From a virus (taxonomy: Duplodnaviria; Caudoviricetes), in IMG/VR virus record IMGVR_UViG_3300050491_000011: DNA of 64,000 nt. One strand, given 5' to 3'. The position numbers and the translations under genes were made by a program. Below, in pieces: positions 10,558 to 18,689 of the stretch; position 1 is the stretch's first letter; each line of letters begins with the position of its first letter. The notes below the pieces were generated by a model. The model was not told the DNA's origin, searched no databases, and was given only the letters and a program-made list of their open reading frames with translations.

Positions 10558-11967
10558 ATGCGTGAATTCATGGAACTCATCTCGACTGAATCCAGCGTAG
10601 TTGCTGAGTCCAGTGATGGTCCTGAAGTCAGCGTATCTGGCATGTTGGTGGAAAGCACCGCCACGGAACCTAGCGTAACTGAGCACTTCGATACGATCGA
10701 AGAAACTCAGGATCTGTCTTCTCAGCTTGACGAGTTGGCAGATCACGCGGACGCCGTGGCGAAGGCTGAAGAAAACGGGGAGATCAGCTCTGAAGCTGCC
10801 TTCCTGTCCACCGAGTCGATGAACCGTGAGTTCCGCTCCATCATGCGTTCGGCTAAGCTACCTTACACTGCTTCGAGTTTCGAAGCTGCTGGTAGTGATG
10901 CTGAGCGTGCGGTGGGTCTTGCTCGCGATGCTCGTCGTGTCAGTAAGCTCGCGTTGGAACATGCAGATCACCTCAGGGACTACACCGAAGAAGGTGCGCT
11001 CCTGAGCTTCCTGCGTCGCGATGAAAGTAAGCTTAACAAAGCTCACGATAGTCTCGATCAAGTTTCCAAACGACTTCAGAAGAAGATCGCTCAGCTGTCC
11101 GAGAAGCCGGTGAAGATTCGTAACCAGGGCTTTGCCCGGTTCATGACTCGTAACAACCGTCAGGTCACCGACCTTGGCGCGGCTATCGGTTCTGAGTCGA
11201 AGTATCTGGCCAGCACTCACGATCAGATCGAATCAGCTATTAAGGCATTGGGCGTAATGTCCAACAACCTTCGTGGCCCTCAGGTTCTGTCTGCCTTGAA
11301 CGGCTTGGTCAACGCCCGTCCATTCGTGTCGGCGTCCAACTTGGGTACGGAAGAAGGTTACCTCATGGGTAACTGCACTATCGAATCCGATGAGACCGAT
11401 GGTCCTTTCCCTCACCTGCTTGTCCCTAAGTACACTCGTACTAGCGGCATCCGGGTTAAGGGTAAGTCCGTTGGTTGGGCGGCTCTCGGCGGTCTGTTCG
11501 GCGCGGTGAACGGTTGGGCTTGGTCTACCATCATCTGCCTTGGCGGTATGGCTGTAGGCGCTCCAGTCGTTGTAGGTCTCGCTTACGCAGCTCTGCCGGT
11601 AATGAAAGTAGGGTTTGGCGCTAAAGGTGCCTACGACTCGTTCCAGAAGTCCGAGGACGAAAGTAACAGTCGTTCTCAAGCATCCGCTCAAGACCTGAAA
11701 CGCGTCGTGGACATGGTGCTGGGCTACACTCGTTACACCAACTACACTGTGGATGCTGATCTGATCCGTGCAAACCTGAAGGCTGCTCGCAAGAACACCG
11801 ACGGAATGACGCCAGAACAGAAGAAGCAGTTGTCCGGTGTAATCAACGCTCTGGACACCAGTCTGGATCGGTTGGTTCGTTTGGCAAGCCAGACGTACGA
11901 GCAAGCGTACTACACGACTACCATGTCGGCTGCGTTGATCTCGGCTGCATGCAATCGTTCGATGTAA
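10558..11967 (+). CDS. Internal head/ejection protein, paralog 2
   Basis: STES...REFRSIMRSAKLPYTASSFEA, FLRRDESK and the C-terminal YEQAYY all align with the preceding gene (FLNRDESK, YEQAFY). Confidence 0.7.
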   Translation: MREFMELISTESSVVAESSDGPEVSVSGMLVESTATEPSVTEHFDTIEETQDLSSQLDELADHADAVAKAEENGEISSEAAFLSTESMNREFRSIMRSAKLPYTASSFEAAGSDAERAVGLARDARRVSKLALEHADHLRDYTEEGALLSFLRRDESKLNKAHDSLDQVSKRLQKKIAQLSEKPVKIRNQGFARFMTRNNRQVTDLGAAIGSESKYLASTHDQIESAIKALGVMSNNLRGPQVLSALNGLVNARPFVSASNLGTEEGYLMGNCTIESDETDGPFPHLLVPKYTRTSGIRVKGKSVGWAALGGLFGAVNGWAWSTIICLGGMAVGAPVVVGLAYAALPVMKVGFGAKGAYDSFQKSEDESNSRSQASAQDLKRVVDMVLGYTRYTNYTVDADLIRANLKAARKNTDGMTPEQKKQLSGVINALDTSLDRLVRLASQTYEQAYYTTTMSAALISAACNRSM

Positions 11968-11970
11968 ACA

Positions 11971-12016
11971 CATATCCCACCTACAGATGCCAAAACATCT
12001 GTAGGTGGGTTTATGC
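11971..12016 (+). terminator. Long hairpin flanked by CATA and TTTATGC
   Basis: 14-bp stem CCCACCTACAGATG / CATCTGTAGGTGGG (11976-12009) followed by TTTATGC. Confidence 0.7.
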
Positions 12017-12032
12017 CGTTAAAATCGTAGTT

Positions 12033-12043
12033 AAAAATATTAC
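12033..12043 (+). promoter_or_regulatory. Candidate phage promoter AAAAATATTAC
   Basis: TATTAC at 12038-12043 matches the phiKZ early-promoter core and lies about 75 nt upstream of the gene at 12119. Confidence 0.55.
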
Positions 12044-12118
12044 AGTCACACATCACTCGAGTACAATACAACAACGATAGCCATTCCGGATATCGTTCTA
12101 TCGACCGTGGAGGTCACT

Positions 12119-12565
12119 ATGTCTAACGCAATCAAAACCCTGCAAGCTGCTTTCGACCGTATCGAAAACGTTGTTGAATACAACGAAGAGTTCAACAACG
12201 GTACTGGCTACTTCGATCACCTCGTAACTCACGAGACTGGTCTGGAAGTTGGTCAGCGTTTCAAGATGATCACCCCAATGCCAAACAACCGCAAGGTTAT
12301 CGGCGTGGTTACTCCTGTCGGTAACGCAGTGTTCTTCGAACGCTACACCGGCGGCGAGAACGGTATCGTTGCCCGTAACATCCCATCGTCCTTCAGCGGT
12401 ATCTTCATTGAAGGTAGTGTTTCCGAAGAGTTGCTCTCGATGGCAATCGGTTCTGCCGAAGGTTACAACCGCAACATCGGCCACATGCTGAAGGCTGTAG
12501 TTTGCAAAGCTGTTGGTAATGGTTTCATGGAAGCTAAGGCTGAGAAGCCAGCAGACTTGAACTAA
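12119..12565 (+). CDS. Hypothetical protein (accessory, probably early)
   Basis: GGAGG ribosome-binding site before ATG 12119; phage-like codon usage. Confidence 0.75.
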   Translation: MSNAIKTLQAAFDRIENVVEYNEEFNNGTGYFDHLVTHETGLEVGQRFKMITPMPNNRKVIGVVTPVGNAVFFERYTGGENGIVARNIPSSFSGIFIEGSVSEELLSMAIGSAEGYNRNIGHMLKAVVCKAVGNGFMEAKAEKPADLN

Positions 12566-12570
12566 AAGAT

Positions 12571-12588
12571 TTATAGCTGCACATTGTA
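12571..12588 (+). promoter_or_regulatory. TTATAG-N4-ACATTGTA motif, copy 1
   Basis: The same bipartite motif occurs at 26671-26688; both copies lie about 45-55 nt upstream of small genes. Confidence 0.45.
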
Positions 12589-12640
12589 ATTTCGTAATAC
12601 CCCAACCCTATCGAAACAATTTGTTATTTGGAGATACACC

Positions 12641-12898
12641 ATGTCTGCTGAAATGATCACCGCTGCTGCTGAAGTTGCAAAGAATGTTTCTTACCTGCAA
12701 CGCCTGAAAGATCTGGCTACCGCTCACCCGGTCGGCGCAGTTGTCGCTGGTACTGTCGTAGCCACTGTTGCAGTGGTCGGCGGTTACAAGCTCGCCACCA
12801 AGATGTTCGGCGAAAAGAAGAAAGAGCCACACGCTGACGTAACTGTCAACGTCGACGCTCGCCCTGCTGCGGATGCGACTGCCAAACCGGCGGCGTAA
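12641..12898 (+). CDS. Small single-pass membrane protein (85 aa)
   Basis: GGAG ribosome-binding site; hydrophobic VGAVVAGTVVATVAVVGGY followed by a Lys-rich patch. Confidence 0.75.
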   Translation: MSAEMITAAAEVAKNVSYLQRLKDLATAHPVGAVVAGTVVATVAVVGGYKLATKMFGEKKKEPHADVTVNVDARPAADATAKPAA

Positions 12899-12904
12899 CC
12901 TCAG

Positions 12905-12950
12905 TCATCAGATCGGTCGGCCAACGGCCGATCTGATGATTTCTTTTTTT
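12905..12950 (+). terminator. Intrinsic terminator
   Basis: 15-bp stem (12905-12939) followed by a T-tract. Confidence 0.85.
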
Positions 12951-12971
12951 GTACTTAAACCAAACACAACC

Positions 12972-12980
12972 ACACATTAC
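12972..12980 (+). promoter_or_regulatory. ACACATTAC, one-mismatch variant of the ATACATTAC motif
   Basis: Intergenic, about 35 nt upstream of the ATG at 13015. Confidence 0.4.
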
Positions 12981-13014
12981 CAAAGGGATAATACAAACAT
13001 GTTGAGGCTTATGA

Positions 13015-13239
13015 ATGGCAATCGCCGAAACACCCTACGCTATTTACGTCGGCCATCACAAAATCCGTGAAGGGATCGAGCATCTCCAATTCCTTGGTGT
13101 ACCAGTAAAGGTTCTGGAACTCATCATCGCGATGGATGTGTTTGATTCGTCCGACACCCTTAGCCTGTACCGCAACGAGAACGATCAAACCGTTTGGGTG
13201 CTGGTTTCGCACTCTTACGAGATCCGCTGCAAACGCTAA
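13015..13239 (+). CDS. Hypothetical protein (74 aa)
   Basis: GAGG ribosome-binding site upstream; fills the intergenic space. Confidence 0.65.
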   Translation: MAIAETPYAIYVGHHKIREGIEHLQFLGVPVKVLELIIAMDVFDSSDTLSLYRNENDQTVWVLVSHSYEIRCKR

Positions 13240-13322
13240 ACCTGTAATTAGTTACAATTGTAGTAAACCCTGTGTTCGAAAGTCGAATACCCCTAACCCG
13301 TGAAATACAAGGAAAGCGCAAC

Positions 13323-13781
13323 ATGAGCAAAGAATTGAACCCTGCCGTACGTTCCCTGGCTGATGACCTGAAACCGATCATCACTCTGGACAACACCACC
13401 GGCGTGGCCGAAGCACCTGGCGCTGAAGACGTATTCGCCAAGCACTTGCCTGAAGGCGTGACCATCGAAACCGTGAAAGTCGTTCAGGACAGCCTGCTGA
13501 CCTACGCTGCTGCCCAGACCCTGGCCAACGGCGAGCTGCAACGCGACGCCATGCTCGAGAACAAAGACCTGGCCTCCGGTTCGCTGAAAACCAAGATCGG
13601 CTACAGCGCCATCGAATCCAGCTACCACCGCCGCAAGTCCGGCACTGCCATGGGCAAGCCGTGGGAGAAGTTCGGCGTTACCAATACCGACGTAACTCTC
13701 GGTGTCGGCCGTAAGGGCGCAGACCTGAAAGCAGTTGTGAACTACCTGGGCGAAGACGCTCAGTCCGTATTCGCAAACTGA
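13323..13781 (+). CDS. Hypothetical protein, probably highly expressed
   Basis: AAGGA ribosome-binding site before ATG 13323; strong C-ending codon bias by eye; followed by two hairpins. Confidence 0.8.
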   Translation: MSKELNPAVRSLADDLKPIITLDNTTGVAEAPGAEDVFAKHLPEGVTIETVKVVQDSLLTYAAAQTLANGELQRDAMLENKDLASGSLKTKIGYSAIESSYHRRKSGTAMGKPWEKFGVTNTDVTLGVGRKGADLKAVVNYLGEDAQSVFAN

Positions 13782-13843
13782 TCGCACTGCCTGGGCGCCG
13801 TATCTGGAGAAGGGGCCAACACTTCTCCAGTGGCAGCCATTCG

Positions 13844-13888
13844 TAAAGCCGGGGGTTCGCCTCCGGCTTTATGCCCTTTCTTTTTTCT
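13844..13888 (+). terminator. Hairpin + TTTATGC + T-tract
   Basis: TAAAGCCGGGGG-TTCG-CCTCCGGCTTTATGC followed by a T-rich run. Confidence 0.8.
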
Positions 13889-13925
13889 TACTGTATTTAT
13901 TTTCTCAACCAGCAGGAACTAAAGC

Positions 13926-14249
13926 ATGATTCTTCGCAATGGCGATTTCAAAACCTTTGGTACTCTTGAACGCGCACTCTTCCGTGAGTGTGGTGTTCGT
14001 ATCGTATTCCGCATCGATACCGATACCCAACTGTTCCCGAGTGTTAGGCTCACCCGTCAAGGTTATCCGATCATCATCGATCGAATGACTGTCGCCCAAT
14101 TCAAGGAAATGATCCGTGGCTCGATGCGGCGTCGGTGCGTGAGTACTAACGACGATCACATCCTCGCCAAGACTTCACTGGATGTCGTTAGTAACTGCGG
14201 CATTATCCCTGCCGGTCAAACTCTCATCAAGAACGTGATCTTCGGATAA
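13926..14249 (+). CDS. Hypothetical protein (107 aa)
   Basis: AGGA ribosome-binding site; ends at a convergent hairpin. Confidence 0.65.
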   Translation: MILRNGDFKTFGTLERALFRECGVRIVFRIDTDTQLFPSVRLTRQGYPIIIDRMTVAQFKEMIRGSMRRRCVSTNDDHILAKTSLDVVSNCGIIPAGQTLIKNVIFG

Positions 14250-14259
14250 GGGTTTGACA

Positions 14260-14309
14260 GCATAAAGACCGGGGCGTAATGCCCCGGTCTATGCCACTTC
14301 TTTTTTTTG
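14260..14309. terminator. Bidirectional GCATAAA-hairpin-TATGC terminator
   Basis: GCATAA-AGACCGGGGC-GTAAT-GCCCCGGTCT-ATGC between convergent genes, with a T-tract on the + side. Confidence 0.8.
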
Positions 14310-14627
14310 TCACCGTTTGGATGTGATCCGGTACTTGGTGCTCTTCGGCAACACAAGCTTACCGACCATCGTACCAATCATGACCTCCCCAGTCATGCTG
14401 ATCGATTCCAAACGATAGTCACTTCCTTCCAGAAAGCGGCTATCTACACAATTCTGGCTGTAGTGGATTACACCACCCACAGCTAGTAGGGCCTCCCCGA
14501 CCCTACGAACCTCATCCCTGACGTTTTCTTTGTCCAGGTATACGATGCCACAGGTTCCCACACCTTGCAGCCTCAAATCGCTTTCCAGCTCCTTGAGTGA
14601 CTCGAGCAGTTTGTGTTGTGCTGGCAT
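14310..14627 (-). CDS. Hypothetical protein (105 aa)
   Basis: Downstream of the tail tube gene on the same strand; ends at the convergent hairpin. Confidence 0.6.
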   Translation of the reverse strand: MPAQHKLLESLKELESDLRLQGVGTCGIVYLDKENVRDEVRRVGEALLAVGGVIHYSQNCVDSRFLEGSDYRLESISMTGEVMIGTMVGKLVLPKSTKYRITSKR

Positions 14628-14701
14628 AGTGCTATCTCTTTTAGTGCTTCACGGTATAAAGCCTGGACTCAACCTTTCGGAAGAGTCCAGGAGTAACGGT
14701 G

Positions 14702-15562
14702 TTACGGAGTTACCAACGAGCCTTTGATCGCATTGATCTGCTCGGTGAAACCCGTTGCAACGGCCGATACGTTGGAGTCAACGCCGGTGACGAAGTTGGC
14801 CTGGTACTGTGGGTCCATACCGCTTACGCGGACGGCGTCCATGAAGCCCTGAGCCAATTTGTCAACTGCGTAACCAACCTTCTGCCAGCCAGTCCAGGAC
14901 AGGTTGTAGGTGGCAAGCTCACCATCCTGCTGGAGTTGACGGTTACCGATGTTCTCACCAATTTCCTGATGCAGCCAGAAGTTGGTGATCAGCCAGGAGT
15001 TCTCGACGTAACGGAAAGTCTTGTCGGGCTCGAAGGCGATGATGGTGCCGCCGTACACGTCTGCCAGTTGGTCGGTAAACCGATCGCTGACGCCAGTGAG
15101 GAGCGGATGCCCGGTGTCCGGGTCCATGAACAGGTAACGAACCATGTCTTCCATGAAGCGCATGATTGGACGACGATCCTTGTCCACCACGGTGGAGGTG
15201 ATCTGCGACCGCGCACGCGATACACGGGATGGGGTCTGGAAGACCTCACCGGCGTTACCCAGCTGAGTTTCCTGGGTGTTAACAGTCAGGGTACGGTTGA
15301 AGCCGTTCCAGGACTGCATCCAGTTTTCGATGAAGTTCTTGTAGGCAGCTACGTACAGCTGCCCATTAGGAAGCATCATCAGACCGGCGGGCGCTTGCAG
15401 CACTTTGATGATCAGCGGCTTACGGATGTAGTCCGTGGCCGATGGGTAGTACTGCATGTCGGTCAGGTAGCCTTGTTGGCCCTGTACCGCCATGTTCAGC
15501 ACTGTCATCTGAGCGCGTTCGGCGTACGCCTTATTGGTCAGAGTATCTGCATACCGTCCCAT
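14702..15562 (-). CDS. Tail tube protein (phiKZ gp30-like)
   Basis: 286 aa, directly downstream of the sheath gene (3-nt gap); beta-rich character. Confidence 0.8.
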   Translation of the reverse strand: MGRYADTLTNKAYAERAQMTVLNMAVQGQQGYLTDMQYYPSATDYIRKPLIIKVLQAPAGLMMLPNGQLYVAAYKNFIENWMQSWNGFNRTLTVNTQETQLGNAGEVFQTPSRVSRARSQITSTVVDKDRRPIMRFMEDMVRYLFMDPDTGHPLLTGVSDRFTDQLADVYGGTIIAFEPDKTFRYVENSWLITNFWLHQEIGENIGNRQLQQDGELATYNLSWTGWQKVGYAVDKLAQGFMDAVRVSGMDPQYQANFVTGVDSNVSAVATGFTEQINAIKGSLVTP

Positions 15563-15565
15563 TTA

Positions 15566-17632
15566 TTAAGTCTCCGAAGAACGACGGTTTTGCGCGATGA
15601 TCGCCAGGTTTTCAACGGTGCGAGCGTTGTCACCAGCCATCTCGATATTCAGGTGCCACGAGAAGTTGCTCTGAGTATCGAACGCATCGAAATAAGCGTC
15701 TGGAGTGACGTCGACGCGGCCGTCGTACTTACCAGCAGTACGAGCGGTAACCTTGTCGTTCACCATGTCCAGGAACTGCTCATCGGTGAGCTGCGAGTCA
15801 CCCGACATTTCACGCCAGGTGATGTGCCCGATCCGCGTCAGGTTGCACGCGATGCAAACGTTGATGTAAGCATGCAGGATCGAGGTCTGCTCTTCGTAGA
15901 TCGACTGGATGCCGGCCCAGAAGAGGCGGCCCATATCGAAGTACTCGGCGTAGTTCATCCCGTTGTCCCAGTCAACCTGACGCACTTCAGGCTCTTGGGT
16001 CACGACGTTGTGGTCGCGATAACGAGTGATGGTGTTCTGCTCACCACGGCCGAACGATTTCTCGTTCTTCATCTCGCCGCCTTCAGCGCCCATGTACTCG
16101 GTGCCGAGGATCAAGATGTATTCCAGGAACGGAACGATGCCGTCGTACAGGTCGTCGATCAGATGACCGGCTTGACCGAATACGCAGAAGCGCAGTGCCT
16201 TGGTGCCGAACTCGGACGATTCCTGCTGCGCACGGAAGTGCGAACGCAAGGTGATAGCGATCGAGGAGTCTTGCGCCGGGGTGTTCAGCGGCTTCAGGAC
16301 GTCTTGGGTGCAGGTGTGAACGTACACGTCAGGACGAGCAGTGTGGAACGCCGAGAACTTCAGCTTGGTGGCAACCGGGAAGCCCGAATCCCAGACGGAG
16401 TCGTACGGCATGCGTGCGATGTCTTTGTATGGGACGCCATTGCTGCTGAGATCGCTCAGAACGCTGTCCATCACGGCGTTGAAGCTTTCGTTACCCAGGT
16501 TACCGTCTGCGCCGCCAGTCATCCACAGGTTGGACAGTTCGCCCAAGAGGATGCCGCCGTCAGCAGGACCTTCGATGATGAAGGTATGGTAAGGGTTGCC
16601 GTTGATGTCGGTGCCTGTCAGGAAGTTGAACAGGTTGACATCGGAGAGTTCTTCAGTGGTGTAGTCCGCTTCGGCCGTAGCCAATTGGGTCAACAGCGCC
16701 TGAATGTTTGCGTCGTAGAACGCGAACTTCTCGCACGGACCCCAGCCGGTGAAGGCTTGTGGGTTGTTGGCTTCGTAGCTCTTCTTGATAACCTTGCCAC
16801 CGTAGTACTCGGTGGAGGTCGCCAAGTCGATGGTGCCTTTCTTGAACGAGAAGTCCAGGTAAGGCTGGCTGCGCAGCGTGCGCTGCAAAGTAGCAGTCGA
16901 AGACTTGTTGGCACGGTTAACGAATTGAACGCGGAACAGACGAGCGCCCAGAGCTTCGGCCAGATCTTCATCAACAGGCTGGCTCGACTTGGTAGTCGGA
17001 GCGATCAGGCGCATGCCGATGTTGTTACCCTTCTCGCCTTCGAAGCGAGCCAGGCCGTCCCAGATTGGGATCTCGCGAGAGACCTCACCGCCGACGGTCG
17101 AAACCAGCAGGCCTTCAGCTTCAGCAGCAGCGCCGAAGGTGGATTCACCAGCTTGGTCATTGGTAACAGCTTTCCAACGCCATTGAGCGCGGAAACCAGT
17201 GGTCTTCTCGCCGGTAGGAATCTTGACGCCTTGAGCGTCGAGCTTCAGGCTACCGTCGGTGTTCCGCTCGTAGAGAGGAACTTGGTCTTCGACGATATCG
17301 AGAGCCAGGCGGAAGGATGCTTGTTTGGCACCAGGCGCAGGCAGACGAACGAAGATCGCTTTACCGGAAGCTTCGAAGTGACTGCGGATGAACTGCGATT
17401 GGTGGGTGAAGAACGGAGACAGCGGGTCCGTCACACCAGAACCGAACAGCAGGCTCAAGCCCGAGTCGTTTACGTAGCGACCGTTACCGTACTCACCCCA
17501 AGGTGCGAACGATTGGAACAAAGGAAGACGAATCGGAAGATTCTCGACCGGAAGGGTCAAGCTCGTTACCGTCTCGTCCTTTACGCCCCGGAACTCAGTC
17601 CGTGGCACGGAACTCAAACGACTTACAGACAT
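15566..17632 (-). CDS. Contractile tail sheath protein (phiKZ gp29-like)
   Basis: 688 aa, sheath-sized. Has DSVWDSGFPVATK and C-terminal GKYDGRVDV/WHLNIEM segments. Divergent from the gp28-27-26-terminase operon. Confidence 0.85.
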   Translation of the reverse strand: MSVSRLSSVPRTEFRGVKDETVTSLTLPVENLPIRLPLFQSFAPWGEYGNGRYVNDSGLSLLFGSGVTDPLSPFFTHQSQFIRSHFEASGKAIFVRLPAPGAKQASFRLALDIVEDQVPLYERNTDGSLKLDAQGVKIPTGEKTTGFRAQWRWKAVTNDQAGESTFGAAAEAEGLLVSTVGGEVSREIPIWDGLARFEGEKGNNIGMRLIAPTTKSSQPVDEDLAEALGARLFRVQFVNRANKSSTATLQRTLRSQPYLDFSFKKGTIDLATSTEYYGGKVIKKSYEANNPQAFTGWGPCEKFAFYDANIQALLTQLATAEADYTTEELSDVNLFNFLTGTDINGNPYHTFIIEGPADGGILLGELSNLWMTGGADGNLGNESFNAVMDSVLSDLSSNGVPYKDIARMPYDSVWDSGFPVATKLKFSAFHTARPDVYVHTCTQDVLKPLNTPAQDSSIAITLRSHFRAQQESSEFGTKALRFCVFGQAGHLIDDLYDGIVPFLEYILILGTEYMGAEGGEMKNEKSFGRGEQNTITRYRDHNVVTQEPEVRQVDWDNGMNYAEYFDMGRLFWAGIQSIYEEQTSILHAYINVCIACNLTRIGHITWREMSGDSQLTDEQFLDMVNDKVTARTAGKYDGRVDVTPDAYFDAFDTQSNFSWHLNIEMAGDNARTVENLAIIAQNRRSSET

Positions 17633-17713
17633 GTTGTACTCCCAGGAGCTAGTTCTGCGCAGAACTTCGAGGAATGGTATGGTCAGCGAACTTCAGCCGA
17701 AACGCCGAAGTAA

Positions 17714-17741
17714 GCATACTATTTTTATTCCCGCTTTATGC
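17714..17741. promoter_or_regulatory. Divergent TATGC sites (candidate late promoters) for the sheath and gp28-like operons
   Basis: GCATA at 17714-17718 (TATGC on the minus strand, toward the sheath gene) and TTTATGC at 17735-17741 (toward 17786). TATG is the phiKZ late-promoter core. Confidence 0.55.
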
Positions 17742-17785
17742 AAACGAATGTAACTTTTAACTCACATAAGTAGGAGACGCGAACA

Positions 17786-18685
17786 ATGTTCGAGACCCCA
17801 TACCAGACCACTCCATGTTCGCGGTTCTCTTTGGACAAAACCGCTGCCGCAATTCGGGCACTGGAAATCAATGAAGAACTGGTCGGAACTGACTTCAGCA
17901 CACAGGGCGTAATGCTTATTCCGCCCGGCGTAGTTGACCTCATGCCGTTCCAACAAGTGATCACTCGTATCCAGATTCCTACCATGCAAGCACCGGCTGT
18001 CATCGATGGCCGCTCGTTGATGCGCGCAGATGGTCGCTTCGTTAAAGATGATGCTGCTAAGCACGCCATCTTGGTTGCTGACTTGGTTGTGATGTGGTAC
18101 ACCCAAGAAGCTTCCTTTAAGCGTGACATGTTGAACGTCGGTGATTTCCCAGCCAAGGTTTTTATCTCCTGGCTCAACGGGGCAATCAGTCAACGGATTG
18201 GGCTTGACCTCGGTCAAAGTACTTTGGTCCGAGCGATGATCGCAATCTACTACGTTCAGCTCTTTGGTCCACTGCCTGACAATGCAACCGAGAACGACGT
18301 TGATCGTTTGATGGTTCGCGCATCCCGTCTGCTACCGGCGATGGACCCTACAACTCTTCGTGGCGCACTGGGTGAGATTCCTCAGCTCAATACGTTGAAA
18401 GATCTGGTTACGTGGATCGTTAAGGTCTTGGATTCTCCAAGAACTCATGACCTGACAGTGGCCTACGTCTACACTGCATTAGGAGCAAGCTTCGGTCCGC
18501 TCCATCGTGAAGCCGTTGCTATCGCAGTCGAATACCCGCCGATGTTCTTGGCGATGCTGTACTCCACCTGCAAAGAACGTAGCTACACCCGCACTGGCCT
18601 TGGCCGTGTTATCGAAGCGGTTATCCGTCAGGGTTCCGATAAAGAATACGTCAAGAACATGAACCACCTCATCGGTCAGAGGTAA
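17786..18685 (+). CDS. Virion structural protein (phiKZ gp28-like)
   Basis: 299 aa; first gene of the operon divergent from the sheath; synteny. Confidence 0.65.
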   Translation: MFETPYQTTPCSRFSLDKTAAAIRALEINEELVGTDFSTQGVMLIPPGVVDLMPFQQVITRIQIPTMQAPAVIDGRSLMRADGRFVKDDAAKHAILVADLVVMWYTQEASFKRDMLNVGDFPAKVFISWLNGAISQRIGLDLGQSTLVRAMIAIYYVQLFGPLPDNATENDVDRLMVRASRLLPAMDPTTLRGALGEIPQLNTLKDLVTWIVKVLDSPRTHDLTVAYVYTALGASFGPLHREAVAIAVEYPPMFLAMLYSTCKERSYTRTGLGRVIEAVIRQGSDKEYVKNMNHLIGQR

Positions 18686-18689
18686 GCAC

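Noticed and set aside
13786-13836. tRNA-like or ncRNA candidate after ORF 13323
   Set aside because: It forms a hairpin (CTGGAGAAG/CTTCTCCAG), but I could not find a T-loop GTTCRA, a D-loop or a cloverleaf. It is best explained as 3' UTR structure.
14699-17713. 1004-aa plus-strand ORF opposite the tail sheath and tube genes
   Set aside because: Antisense shadow of strongly codon-biased genes; no motifs and no ribosome-binding site. The real genes are on the minus strand.
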